Part shown: one piece after another, positions 29,199-39,305 of the stretch
How positions within the stretch are numbered: the first letter of the stretch is position 1
Layout of the letters: each line of letters starts with the position of its first letter
Origin: Acidobacteria bacterium RIFCSPLOWO2_02_FULL_61_28
GTDB lineage: Bacteria; Acidobacteriota; Terriglobia; 2-12-FULL-54-10
Length of the DNA stretch: 53,364 nt
Direction: 5' to 3'
NCBI GenBank assembly: GCA_001767035.1
Contig: MEKR01000188.1
Location: 1-53,364, forward strand
Made by a program: the position numbers and the translations under genes
Notes under the pieces: generated by a model
Database searches by the model: none
What the model saw: only the letters and a program-made list of their open reading frames with translations
What the model was told of the DNA's origin: nothing

Positions 29199-31787
29199 TC
29201 AATCGGCAAAGTAGTCTTTGAGGTCCTGGCGGTCGCGTTCGAGCCAGGCGATGTTGGAGCGAATGAGTTCGAGCGTCTTTCGAATGGCGCGTTCCGTGCC
29301 GGGGACGCGGTGGCGGCGGAAGAAATCTTGCGCGTCTTCCAAATGCCGGCGGTCCGTGAAGCCGCTGGTGATGGCGATCATGCGGGAGAGCAGCCCGATC
29401 CCCCCGCCGTGGTACCGCTCCACAAACATCTTCCAATTCTTCTTGAGGCATTTCCAGGCCAGGTCGCGGCCCAGAGGATGGGTCGCGGCGCTCGCCAGCA
29501 CAATGGGCGTGTCCTGGAACCGCACCTGCTCGGAGAGGGAATATTGCAATACCGCCTGGATCAGCTCCGCTTCCCGGAAACTGCCGGCGGCACGCAGCAC
29601 CCGCACCTTTTCCTCATGCAGATCGGTCGAATGGTAGACCTCGAGCAGCCCTTTCCATTCCGTTTCGCCGCCGTTTTCGGCGACCAGCGAATAGACGGCC
29701 TGGCGCAGATTGGGATCAAGTTCTCCGCCCCGTCGGAAGCGGGCAAAGCGGCTGCGCGCTTCGCCAATCGTGGCCCGGTCGCCATAGCCGCCGAAACCTC
29801 GCAACGCCAGCGCGCGCAGGAGCACGTCCAAGTGCCCGTCCGACGGCCTCCTCTCCCATCCCTGCTTTTGGGCGACAGGCTCGAACAGTTGCCGAGCCGC
29901 TTCCTGGAACTTGGGCCGGAACCGCTCGCGGGAGAGCAAATTGTCAAGTGAGTCCAATACGGCGGCGATGCCGGTCCAGACGCTGAAGTCGCTCTCATTT
30001 TCATAAGCTCGGAGAACGCGCAACGCTGCGGAAGTCTTTCCATACCCGGCGCGCGCCAGGGCGAAGGCGTCATCGAGCAGCCCCAGACGGTCCACGGTCG
30101 GCAAGGCCCCGGCTGCGACCGCCTTCGTCAGCCGGCCCCAAAGCTCTTCCGAGTACGCCACGCGGTAGAGGCCGCTCTGGCCAGGATTGAGCTTGATCCA
30201 TTGCCCATCGCTCGCCGCGAGGCGCAGCCGGTGCCGCTGGCCCTTCATGGACTCAAAGACGGGCCGCGAGGCGCCCTCGACCCACACGCCCAGGGGAACT
30301 TGCCAGCGCAGGTTCTGGGGGTCGTGTCTGCCATCCGCCAGAAACCGTTTCTGTTCCACCTCGAGCAGAAGCTCTCCGTTGGATTGCTTCTCTCGCACGA
30401 TCAGCACGGGGTAACCGGGCTGGCGCGTGTAGCCCGCCATGATGCCGCGCACCGGCTTCCCGGACTCTTTTTCGAGCGCCTTCCAGAGGTCGTCGGTGGC
30501 CGCATTGCCGAACGCATGTTTCCGCAGATAGTTGTGCAGCCCTTTGCGGAAGCTCTTCTCGCCCAGGTAGTGCTCGACCATCCGGTTGACGACCGAACCC
30601 TTGCTGTAAGAGATGGCGTCGAAGACCTCGCGGATTTCGTACGGATTCTTGACCGGAACCTCGACCGGATGCGTATTCCGAAGGGCGTCCTGGTGCAGCG
30701 CGGCCAGGTAGTCGTCGGCCACGTATTGCGTCCAGGTCTGCCATTCCGGGAAGCGATGGTCCGTGGCTTTTGGCCCCATGTAGGAGGCAAAGCCCTCATT
30801 GAGCCAGAGGTCGGTCCACCATTGCATGGTGGTGTAGTTGCCGAACCATTGGTGGGCCAGCTCGTGGTCCACAACTTCGGCGACACGCTGCCGGGCCGAT
30901 TCGGAAGAATTCTGCGGGTCTACCAGCAGCGCGGTCTCGCGGTAGGTGACCAGACCCCAGTTCTCCATGGCCCCGGCGGCAAAGTCAGGCAGCGCCACCA
31001 TGTCGAGCTTCGGAAAGGCATACGGAATGCCAAACCAGTCGGCGAAGTAGGCGAGCGTGTGGCAGCCCTGCTCCAGAGCAAAACGGCCCTGCTCGCGCTT
31101 TCCGGGACTGGTCCAGACGCGGACGGGAACACCGTGCCGGTCCTTGTCTTCCAGCAATTCAAGTTCGGCGATGACGACGGCGAGCAGGTACGTGGACATG
31201 CGCGGGGTGGTTTCATAGCGAATGGTCTTCCAGCCCGGCTCGGCCCGCGCTTCTTTCCGGATCGGCATATTGGAGAGCGCCGTCAAGTTCTCGGGGACCG
31301 TCAGCGTCACGCCGAAGGTCGCTTTGCGGGCCGGCTCGTCCCAGCAGGGGAAAGCGCGGCGGGCGTCGGTGGCCTCGAACTGCGTGGCGGCGCCCCAGCG
31401 CTTGGCTCCGTCCACCAAGTACGATGTGCGATAAAAGCCGTGCATCTTGTCGTTCAGCTCGCCCTCGAACTCAAAGATCAGCTCGGCGGGGCCGCGCTTC
31501 AGTTTCCGCCCCCCCTTCCCAAAGTCGAGCGTGATGCTCTCCAGCTTCTTGTTTGGCTTGATCTGCCGGGCGTCGAGCGGCTCGGACCCGGCCGGGGAGC
31601 AAATTTGGGCTTTCGTGATTTTCAGATCCAGGGCGTGCAGCGTGATTTTCGAAACCGGCCTGCGAATGATGACCGTGATCCGCTCCGATCCCTGAAACGT
31701 GAAGTCTGCGAGATTCGGCTGCAGCGCGATTTCGTAATGAACTGGCTCAACTTCTTCCGGTAACAGGTATGGATTGCGATCCCTCAT
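29199..31787 (-). CDS. pepN: M1 family aminopeptidase with ERAP1-like C-terminal domain
   Basis: TQFEATDARRAFPCWDEP, GAMENWGL, HELAHQWFGN..WLNEG, YSKG. Confidence 0.95.
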   Translation of the reverse strand: MRDRNPYLLPEEVEPVHYEIALQPNLADFTFQGSERITVIIRRPVSKITLHALDLKITKAQICSPAGSEPLDARQIKPNKKLESITLDFGKGGRKLKRGPAELIFEFEGELNDKMHGFYRTSYLVDGAKRWGAATQFEATDARRAFPCWDEPARKATFGVTLTVPENLTALSNMPIRKEARAEPGWKTIRYETTPRMSTYLLAVVIAELELLEDKDRHGVPVRVWTSPGKREQGRFALEQGCHTLAYFADWFGIPYAFPKLDMVALPDFAAGAMENWGLVTYRETALLVDPQNSSESARQRVAEVVDHELAHQWFGNYTTMQWWTDLWLNEGFASYMGPKATDHRFPEWQTWTQYVADDYLAALHQDALRNTHPVEVPVKNPYEIREVFDAISYSKGSVVNRMVEHYLGEKSFRKGLHNYLRKHAFGNAATDDLWKALEKESGKPVRGIMAGYTRQPGYPVLIVREKQSNGELLLEVEQKRFLADGRHDPQNLRWQVPLGVWVEGASRPVFESMKGQRHRLRLAASDGQWIKLNPGQSGLYRVAYSEELWGRLTKAVAAGALPTVDRLGLLDDAFALARAGYGKTSAALRVLRAYENESDFSVWTGIAAVLDSLDNLLSRERFRPKFQEAARQLFEPVAQKQGWERRPSDGHLDVLLRALALRGFGGYGDRATIGEARSRFARFRRGGELDPNLRQAVYSLVAENGGETEWKGLLEVYHSTDLHEEKVRVLRAAGSFREAELIQAVLQYSLSEQVRFQDTPIVLASAATHPLGRDLAWKCLKKNWKMFVERYHGGGIGLLSRMIAITSGFTDRRHLEDAQDFFRRHRVPGTERAIRKTLELIRSNIAWLERDRQDLKDYFAD

Positions 31788-31941
31788 GCGGTGCTCTCCT
31801 CGTAACTGGGGCGTGGCTCGCCGTCCGCCGGAGCGTTCTCTTGCCAGGATAATCCAGTGGGCCGCGCGTTAACGGGTCCGCCCAACTCTCGAATATACCC
31901 GAAACACCCGGCGGGAAAAAATTGTGGAGCAGGGAGAAAAC

Positions 31942-32002
31942 CGAGTCAACCGCTCCCAGCTCAACTTTCCCACAGAAGGTTAAGAGGATGAAAGGTGGAC
32001 CT
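31942..32002. repeat. att-like imperfect direct repeat of 33082-33143, including the tRNA-Ala 3' core GGTGGACCT
   Basis: cgagtcaaccgctcccagctcaactttcccacagaaggttaagaggatgaaaggtggacct versus cgagtcaaaccgttccacgctcaacttttccagagaaggtcaaacggatgaatggtggacct. Confidence 0.75.
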
Positions 32003-32331
32003 TGGTAGACGATTTCAGAACTCTTTCGATGCGGGACTTTATCCCGGAACTACCCAAGTGTCCCCAGTTCTTGACGGCCTGAGCCTACCGAAAAAGTCCC
32101 TGGAATCGTTTTGACCCCTCCAATTTGTTGAATTATAATTCCCCTGCTACCGGAAAGGGCTTTTCGTGCCCAAAGGGAACGATTTCGGAACAGTCTTTGG
32201 GGGGGCAACTGGGGCGTGATAGCCGAATGAACGAGGGGCTCAATCTTTTCTGTCTGGTTGCGCTGACAGTTGTGTGCGTTTGGACCTGGAGTGGCTTTGC
32301 TCGTCAAAGTCGGATGAGAGAATGATCGTTC

Positions 32332-33018
32332 ATGAAGATCTGCATTATTTCAGACGTTCACGGCAATTATGACGCCCTTTCGACCCTGCCCGCCGAATAC
32401 GACGAGCTTTGGGTGCTGGGAGACCTGGTGAATTACGGCCCCCAACCCGCCGAGGTCGTAGACTACGTTTCGCAAAAAGCTTCGGTCGTCGTCCGTGGCA
32501 ACCACGACCACTGCATCGCGTATAACGAAGACCCACGGTGTGCTCCGCGCTTTCGTGCCATAGCAACCGCGATGCGGAAATTCACAAACGAGGTGCTCAG
32601 CAAAAGCCAAAACCAATTCCTACATGCCCTGCCGCTCCACGCGGAGGTCAAGCGTGGAAACACGAGCTTTTGCCTGGTTCACTCCGTTCCATCCGACATG
32701 CTCTACGGACATTACGACGAAAACTTCGAGGGCTGGCTCGTTGAAGTGGACAGCATAAATGCCGACGTTCTGTTTGTGGGACACACGCACAAGCCATTTG
32801 TGAAAATGGTTGGGGGGCGCACGGTTTGCAATCCCGGCAGCCTCGGACAGCCTCTCCACGGAAAACCGGAGGCCCGTTACGCTATTTGGGAAGACGGCTC
32901 GATCGAGCTCAAAGGATTCGACTATCCCGTGGAAGAAACCATCCGCAAAGTCATGGCGATGCCTGTGGAGGATAAAATCAAGCGGGAGCTCGCCAAGGTG
33001 TTGCGGAAGGGCAAGTAA
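32332..33018 (+). CDS. Metallophosphoesterase (calcineurin-like, YfcE/PrpA type)
   Basis: SDVHGN, LGDLVNYGP, RGNHD, GHTH, NPGSLG. Confidence 0.92.
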   Translation: MKICIISDVHGNYDALSTLPAEYDELWVLGDLVNYGPQPAEVVDYVSQKASVVVRGNHDHCIAYNEDPRCAPRFRAIATAMRKFTNEVLSKSQNQFLHALPLHAEVKRGNTSFCLVHSVPSDMLYGHYDENFEGWLVEVDSINADVLFVGHTHKPFVKMVGGRTVCNPGSLGQPLHGKPEARYAIWEDGSIELKGFDYPVEETIRKVMAMPVEDKIKRELAKVLRKGK

Positions 33019-33133
33019 GTCCCGAAGGATTTACCTCTGGCGCGGGATTGGTATCACTCCGCTGGGTGTACGACGCGACTGCGAGTCAAACCGTTCCACG
33101 CTCAACTTTTCCAGAGAAGGTCAAACGGATGAA

Positions 33134-33209
33134 TGGTGGACCTGGGGGGAGTCGAACCCCCGACCTCTTCAATGCCATTGAAGCGCGCTCCCAACTGCGC
33201 CACAGGCCC
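33134..33209 (-). tRNA. tRNA-Ala(GGC)
   Basis: 76 nt GGGCCTGTGGCGCAGTTGGGAGCGCGCTTCAATGGCATTGAAGAGGTCGGGGGTTCGACTCCCCCCAGGTCCACCA; anticodon GGC, G3:U70 pair, encoded CCA. Confidence 0.97.
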
Positions 33210-33367
33210 ACGGTCGAGTTGATTGCCCTATTTGTAGCATCTTTCCCGAAACGGTGTCAAACCCAACGGGGCTGGGAATTCCGGCTGTCTGCTCGGCGCC
33301 TATGAATCGGGTCCGGCGGCTGCAATGGATATTGCGCGGGGGATTGGGCATCAGTAGACTGAAGGCG

Positions 33368-34285
33368 ATGCACGCTCACGACGTAAAGACGGGGTCGGTC
33401 TTGAAGTGGTCCATCGCGCTCATGCTGGCGCTGGCTCTGGCAGAAGCGGCGGCGGGGTATATGGCCAATTCGCTCGCGTTGTTGAGCGACGCCGGACATA
33501 ACTTCACCGATTCACTCGCCCTGGTTCTCGCCTGGTTCGCCTTGTATGTGCAGTCTAAACCGGCGACCGAGAGCAAGACCTACGGCTACCCTCGCGCGGG
33601 CGTCCTGGCGGCGTTCGTCAATGCGCTGCTGCTGGTTGCCATCGCGTTGTATGTTTTTTACGAAGCCTATCACCGGCTGCGGACTCCCCATGCGGTGGAC
33701 CCGCAGTGGATGATGGTGGTCGGCGGCTTGGGGTTTGTAGTGGATGCCGGGGTCTCCCTGGCACTGCTGCGGCAGATTCGGGGCGACGTGAACGTCCGCA
33801 CCGCGTTTCTCCACACTGCCGCCGACGCGGTCTCAACCGCCGGCATCGTAGTCGGAGGATGGCTGATTGCCAGGACCGGCGTGTCCGAGATTGACCCGCT
33901 GCTCGGCTTCTTGATCGGCGGGCTGATCCTCTGGAGCAGCGTGGACATCATCAAGGAGACTCTGAATATCCTGCTCGAAGGATTGCCGCGCGGCATGGAA
34001 CTCGACACCGTGGTCACCGCGGTGCGCCGCGTTGAGGGAGTCGAGAACGTCCACGACGTTCACATTTGGAGCCTGGGTTCCCGTACCCACGCCATGAGCT
34101 GCCATGTGGCCATCGCGGATATTCCGCCGTCGGAGAGCAACGAAATTCTGCGGCGCATCAACGCGCTGCTCGACCAGGAATTCCAGATCAGCCATACCAC
34201 CATCCAGTTTGAACATGCCGTGTGCGAGCCGAGTCCCAAGTGCTACGATCCGGCAGAGCCGGCCGCCGAGAGGAAAGGCGCATGA
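33368..34285 (+). CDS. Cation diffusion facilitator (CzcD/ZitB-like)
   Basis: SLALLSDAGHNFTD, TYGY.R, AFLH..AD, VHDVHIW, HTTIQFE. Confidence 0.93.
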   Translation: MHAHDVKTGSVLKWSIALMLALALAEAAAGYMANSLALLSDAGHNFTDSLALVLAWFALYVQSKPATESKTYGYPRAGVLAAFVNALLLVAIALYVFYEAYHRLRTPHAVDPQWMMVVGGLGFVVDAGVSLALLRQIRGDVNVRTAFLHTAADAVSTAGIVVGGWLIARTGVSEIDPLLGFLIGGLILWSSVDIIKETLNILLEGLPRGMELDTVVTAVRRVEGVENVHDVHIWSLGSRTHAMSCHVAIADIPPSESNEILRRINALLDQEFQISHTTIQFEHAVCEPSPKCYDPAEPAAERKGA

Positions 34286-34328
34286 GCCGGGATGCAGTTT
34301 CTACCTGGATTTATGGAGAGGTGGTTCT

Positions 34329-34676
34329 ATGTCTAAGAATCCGAGCGGGCCAAGAATATTCCTGAAAACTTGGAGCGGAAAGTCTACGTTCGAGTATCAC
34401 GGGACTGTTAAGGACGGAATCACGCTGCATTACGGGAAAGGGCATAAGAATCGCCTAGAAATAAGAGGGGCCGACATCCTCAAGGCAATTGCTGTTTTTA
34501 AGGGTAAAGAGGTATCCATTGGTACACACCATAGTAAGCCACCAGTGGGGAGCTTTGGCCACTGGTTCCAAAGAAACGTGACGAAGACAAGTGTCGCGTC
34601 GTACTTGGGGCCGATTTTTATTGCGGAGGGCTATGCCGAACGTGGTTCTCAGCCAGATTTGATCCTATTTCTCTGA
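34329..34676 (+). CDS. Hypothetical protein
   Basis: Lower-GC ORF with a gagg/ggag RBS-like sequence before MSKNPSG; no recognised motif. Confidence 0.6.
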   Translation: MSKNPSGPRIFLKTWSGKSTFEYHGTVKDGITLHYGKGHKNRLEIRGADILKAIAVFKGKEVSIGTHHSKPPVGSFGHWFQRNVTKTSVASYLGPIFIAEGYAERGSQPDLILFL

Positions 34677-34713
34677 GATTAACAAAATTGGGTGTAAGCT
34701 TCCCCATGCGTTC

Positions 34714-35268
34714 ATGCTCAAGCGATTCATAGAGTACCTGAAGTATGGTGCCGGACGCCCACCTGGAACTATGTGGGCGATGGAAAAGTGCTACTTTGTC
34801 TTGAGACACCACTATCCTAACCTATCCGAGGATGCGTACCTGCTTCTTACGCTACGATCGCGCTATCCCCTAAGAAGAGACGTTGGCGAGATTGCTTCCC
34901 GTTGTCAGAATCTGGATGATGCGATACTTGAAGCTGTGCGACTGGATTTCGGCGACTTTGTTGTGCAGATGTTTCGACCCGCCTTAGAAGCGTTTCCGTT
35001 CTGCTCTGCGTGTCAAGAATACCGCGCCCTAAGTTTGACCGACACGCTCTGTTATGGATGTCGGAATTTCGGTGATTTAATTCCCTGTAACAGATGTAGA
35101 CTTTATTGGCCGAAGAACCAGAAATTCTGCGGACAGTGTGGTGCGCCGTTAGCCGTAGAAAAATCCGTGACTCTAATTCCCTGTAACAGATGTAGACTTT
35201 ATTGGCCGAAAAACCAGAAATTCTGCGGACAGTGTGGTGCCGCTTTGGTCGCGGCGCAAGAGGAGTAA
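34714..35268 (+). CDS. Hypothetical protein with repeated CxxC zinc ribbons
   Basis: Six CxxC pairs; LIPCNRCRLYWPKNQKFCGQCGA occurs twice. Confidence 0.7.
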   Translation: MLKRFIEYLKYGAGRPPGTMWAMEKCYFVLRHHYPNLSEDAYLLLTLRSRYPLRRDVGEIASRCQNLDDAILEAVRLDFGDFVVQMFRPALEAFPFCSACQEYRALSLTDTLCYGCRNFGDLIPCNRCRLYWPKNQKFCGQCGAPLAVEKSVTLIPCNRCRLYWPKNQKFCGQCGAALVAAQEE

Positions 35269-35370
35269 AAACTCTGCCACCTGAATCTGAGAGGATTCAC
35301 CTGGAAGAAATCCACACATCGTTAGGGTATATCAGCAACGGAGAGGCAAGAGATAGGCCAGCACTGCTCA

Positions 35371-37842
35371 ATGCTTCCCGACACCATCCAGCAGTTAGAG
35401 TTCGACGGAGTGCTCGCCCTGCTCCGTCGTTATGCCGGAAGCCCGTTGGGAGAGGCCAAACTCCTGGCGCTGCTTCCCGCGGCGGACGAGGCAGAACCTG
35501 TCGAGCGGTTGCGCCTCGCCGCCGAGGGCAGGGAGTATCTGCGCGTCAGCCGGGGAATCGCCCGGGGAACCGCCGGTCAGGGAATAGAAGCCGCGCCTGC
35601 CGGCGCGCTGCCGCTCGATTTCTCCGGGTTCACCGATCCAGCGGAGGTCTTTGGCAAGCTCGGCGTCGAAGGAACGATTTTAGAAATTCCCGAGGTCGTC
35701 CAACTACTCCGCCTGGCCGAGCGGGCTACCGACGTCCGCCGGGCGCTGCTCGCGGCGCAGAGCCGCTTTCCGCATCTCGCGCGCGAGGCGGATCGCGTGG
35801 CTGACTTCCATTTTCTGCTCCAGGAATTCCACGGAAAGATTCTTCCTTCGGGTGAGCTCGACGACCACGCCAGCCCCGAGCTGCGGCGCATCCGGCGCGA
35901 GATCGAGAAGCAGCGCGCCGTGATCCTGTCGTCGTTGCGCGAATTCTTGCGGAGCCAATCCGAGGAAAGCCTTTCGCGCGAAGAGATCATCACGATTCGC
36001 GGCGACCGCTTTGTGGTCCCCGTCCGGGCGCAGAAGAAAGGGCAGGTGCGCGGCGTCGTGCACGGCTCCAGCTCGAGTGGCCAGACGATGTACGTCGAGC
36101 CGCTCGAGACGATTGAACTTAATAACGAGCTGGTCCGGCTGCGGGAAGAAGAAACGCAGGAAATTCACCGCATTCTGCGCGAGATGACCGCGCGCCTGCG
36201 CCAGCGGTTGCTGGAATTGTCCGAGGCGGCCGAGGCCATCGGCGTGCTCGATCTCGCGTTCGCCTGCGGGCGCTATGCTCTGGACTACGACTGCGTCATC
36301 CCTAGCTTCAACCCCGCCCGGCTCGTGCTCCGCGACGTCCGCCACCCGTTGCTCGAAGCCCTGTTCCGTAAGAAAGGCGGCGCGGTGGTCCCGTTCTCGC
36401 TGACGCTCGAAGACGGGAACCACGTGCTGGTCATCAGCGGGCCGAACACCGGGGGGAAAACCGTCGCTTTGAAGACAGTCGGATTACTGGCGCTGATGGC
36501 GAAGGCGGGCCTGCCGGTCCCGGCAGCGGAAGCCGAATTCCCTTTCTTTGACCGAATCCTGGCCGACATCGGGGACTATCAGTCCATTCAGGAAAGCCTC
36601 AGCACGTTTTCCGCGCATCTGGTCAACATCGCCGCCATGCTGGACTCGGCCACGCCCGACTCGCTCATCCTGCTCGATGAATTGGGAAGCGCCACGGACC
36701 CCGAGGAAGCTGGCGCGCTGGGCGTGGCGATAGTGGATCGCTTTCGCTCCGCCGGAGCGTTTACCATCGCCTCAACGCATCACCTGGCGCTCAAAGCCTA
36801 CGCCATGAATACCCCAGGCGTGCGCAGCGCGAACATGGGGTTTGACGAGCAGACCCTCGCGCCGACCTATCGGTTGGAGATAGGCCGGCCGGGAAAATCG
36901 AGCGGCCTGGCCATTGCCCAACGCCTGGGCCTGCCGCGCGAAGTCCTCGAACGCGCCCGGCAAGCGATGAGCGTGGCGCATCAGGAAGTCGAGCGTTTCC
37001 TCGTGCGGCTGCGCGAAGAGGAAGCGGCAGCAACACGACTGCGCCTGGAAGCGGAGGAGAAAAGCGCCGCCCTCGAACAACGAGAGAAGGAGTGGAACGA
37101 GACCGTTCAGAAACGCGAGGCCCAGCGCGCGGCGGAGTGGGAACGCCAGCTCGAAGCCTTGTGGCATTCGGTCGAGGAGCGAGCGGAAGAAAAATTGCGG
37201 GAAATCAGCGCGCGGGCCGCCAAGGCGTCACGGCTTCGTGAGCCTAAGAAGGAAGCCGCACAAGTTGCCTCGCTCCTGCGGCAAGAGGCCAAAGAAGACC
37301 TGCGGACCACGCTACTGAGTCACTGGGGTGGAGGAGGCGAATCCGCGCCCCGGCCCGCCGATGCCGCCCCTCGCCCAGAGCCGCAGGTCGGCGACACCGT
37401 GCGGCTCCAGAGCTTCGGCAAGCAAGGGGTCGTGCGCAGCAAGTCGGGGAATTGGCTCGAAGTGGAGGTCGGGCATCTGCGGACCAAAGTTCCGGCGGAC
37501 GACGTGGCGGAGATCATGGCCGCGCCCCGGCTCGCCGGGGGCAAGTCTCTTGCTCCAGGCAGGATCAGCGTGCACGTCGAACGAGTCGCGGAAGGCTCTC
37601 TTTCCGAAATCAACGTCATCGGCGAGACCGCGGACGAAGCCCGGCGGCGCGTGGACAAGTTCCTGGACAATGCGTTCCTGGCCCAGATGGCGCGCGTCCG
37701 CGTGGTGCACGGGAGCGGCAAGGGAATCCTGCGCCAGGCGCTGGCGGAGATGTTCGCCGACCACCCCCACGTTGAAAAGTTCTTCCCCGCCCCCCAGGCC
37801 GAAGGCGGAGCCGGGGCCACGATTGTCGAATTGAAAGTTTAG
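35371..37842 (+). CDS. mutS2: Endonuclease MutS2 (with KOW-like and Smr domains)
   Basis: SGPNTGGKT, DIGDYQSIQESLSTFSAH, LDELGSATDP, STH, C-terminal VVHGSGKGILR..GGAGAT. Confidence 0.96.
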   Translation: MLPDTIQQLEFDGVLALLRRYAGSPLGEAKLLALLPAADEAEPVERLRLAAEGREYLRVSRGIARGTAGQGIEAAPAGALPLDFSGFTDPAEVFGKLGVEGTILEIPEVVQLLRLAERATDVRRALLAAQSRFPHLAREADRVADFHFLLQEFHGKILPSGELDDHASPELRRIRREIEKQRAVILSSLREFLRSQSEESLSREEIITIRGDRFVVPVRAQKKGQVRGVVHGSSSSGQTMYVEPLETIELNNELVRLREEETQEIHRILREMTARLRQRLLELSEAAEAIGVLDLAFACGRYALDYDCVIPSFNPARLVLRDVRHPLLEALFRKKGGAVVPFSLTLEDGNHVLVISGPNTGGKTVALKTVGLLALMAKAGLPVPAAEAEFPFFDRILADIGDYQSIQESLSTFSAHLVNIAAMLDSATPDSLILLDELGSATDPEEAGALGVAIVDRFRSAGAFTIASTHHLALKAYAMNTPGVRSANMGFDEQTLAPTYRLEIGRPGKSSGLAIAQRLGLPREVLERARQAMSVAHQEVERFLVRLREEEAAATRLRLEAEEKSAALEQREKEWNETVQKREAQRAAEWERQLEALWHSVEERAEEKLREISARAAKASRLREPKKEAAQVASLLRQEAKEDLRTTLLSHWGGGGESAPRPADAAPRPEPQVGDTVRLQSFGKQGVVRSKSGNWLEVEVGHLRTKVPADDVAEIMAAPRLAGGKSLAPGRISVHVERVAEGSLSEINVIGETADEARRRVDKFLDNAFLAQMARVRVVHGSGKGILRQALAEMFADHPHVEKFFPAPQAEGGAGATIVELKV

Positions 37843-38103
37843 GTGGGGCTGTCCGAGAATTGTGGCTTCACCTATTGGCAAGCGGGAAGATGCAGTAGTG
37901 CCACCGTTGGTGCTGACGACTGGCTCGGTCAATTCGCTTTCGATTGATCTGGCGCCCCTCTCGGTGGTCGAGTCGCTCGGGATCGAAAGATGAAAAAACG
38001 GCCCCAACGGAGGCGAGGGAGTATACTGGCTTGCGGCCGGGAAGGTAAAATGGAAATTCTGGCTGAGGTGATCGTGTAAACTCCGTGTCGTGGAGGTCCG
38101 AGA

Positions 38104-39153
38104 ATGAAGCGCCTTCCGCGAGACCCAATTCGATTCGATATATTCAATGCCTACGCCGTCTACGGACGGGAGGAACGGCTCTCATTACGTGATCCGGCAG
38201 CGACTGGAGGGTTTGTGAATCAAATACGAACCTCGATTCAGGGGTCGCTATCGAATGACGCGCTCCTGTACGGACGTAGAACGGAATCAATGTTTGAGGC
38301 GATGATTGCTAGCATCGGCGAAGTCGAAATTCTCAAGCAAGAGGATTCGGGCGAAATTTACGTATCAAACGACGCGCTGAAGGTTCCAGACTTCCGATTG
38401 GTTTTGGCAGATGGAAGTCAAGTCCTGGTAGAGGTTAAAAACCACCACCAGGGGACAGACGCGATGAAACCGTTCGAGCTAGACAAAGATTACCTGGACG
38501 GCCTTGTGGGATACGCGAATGTAATGAAATGCGACCTCTTTCTTGCCGTTTATTGGTCTCGGTGGAACCTCTGGACTCTAGTACCACCACAAGCGTTTCA
38601 CGAGAACCGCAACAAGAGGGAGCTTGATCTGCTTAACGCGATGAAGGCGAATCACATGGCAAGCCTTGGCGATTACAGCATAGGGACGCGTTTCCCCCTC
38701 AGCATTGTCATGTATGCGGACAAAGCCGAATCACGATTTCTTGGGCCGGACGGGTCCGGAGATTTTAGGATATCGAACGTCGAAGTCTATTGTGCCGGAA
38801 CATTAGTTGCAAAGCCGGAGGAACGCCGCATCGCGACCTACCTGATGTTCTACGGGAAATGGCACTACGAATCGGATGCCAAGATCGTTAAAAATGAAAT
38901 CGAATCGGTCGAGCACAGATGGGTCCCGCAAGAGGATAACAACCAAGGGTTTGAAATCGTAGGCTCGCTAGGAGAGATGTTTTCAACGTATTACAGATTC
39001 TTCACCCAGGAGGAGGGCAGAGTCGAAAGACTGCAGGTGAATTTCACTCCCGGCTCGCTCGGCCAACTCATTCCCAAAGACTACAAGCGTGATGTGCTTC
39101 CCCTCTGGCGATTTAGGCTGAAACCCTCAGTCCCGTCAGGCGGGCAAGAGTGA
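38104..39153 (+). CDS. Hypothetical protein with a PD-(D/E)XK nuclease motif
   Basis: E-helix (TESMF) then PDFRLVLADGSQVLVEVK; lower GC; RBS ggagg. Confidence 0.7.
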   Translation: MKRLPRDPIRFDIFNAYAVYGREERLSLRDPAATGGFVNQIRTSIQGSLSNDALLYGRRTESMFEAMIASIGEVEILKQEDSGEIYVSNDALKVPDFRLVLADGSQVLVEVKNHHQGTDAMKPFELDKDYLDGLVGYANVMKCDLFLAVYWSRWNLWTLVPPQAFHENRNKRELDLLNAMKANHMASLGDYSIGTRFPLSIVMYADKAESRFLGPDGSGDFRISNVEVYCAGTLVAKPEERRIATYLMFYGKWHYESDAKIVKNEIESVEHRWVPQEDNNQGFEIVGSLGEMFSTYYRFFTQEEGRVERLQVNFTPGSLGQLIPKDYKRDVLPLWRFRLKPSVPSGGQE

Positions 39154-39305
39154 TTGTTTTGGAAAAACTGGGGGGGAATGGGGACAGCCTAAACTGCGCG
39201 TTTTTTTGCAAATAGAGAATTTCTAAAACGCCTGGAATCAGCAAACAGTTTGGAGGCGCGGGCGGCCCAACCTGTTGTAGCATGGTATGAACATCAGGCG
39301 AATCC

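Noticed and set aside
32125-32325. Small hydrophobic ORF upstream of the metallophosphoesterase
   Set aside because: Could be a ~32-aa membrane peptide, but there is no motif or clear RBS to support it.
35078-35240. 67-bp repeat near a gene 3' end, considered as a DGR TR/VR pair
   Set aside because: Only one synonymous mismatch, both copies are coding, and no reverse transcriptase is nearby.
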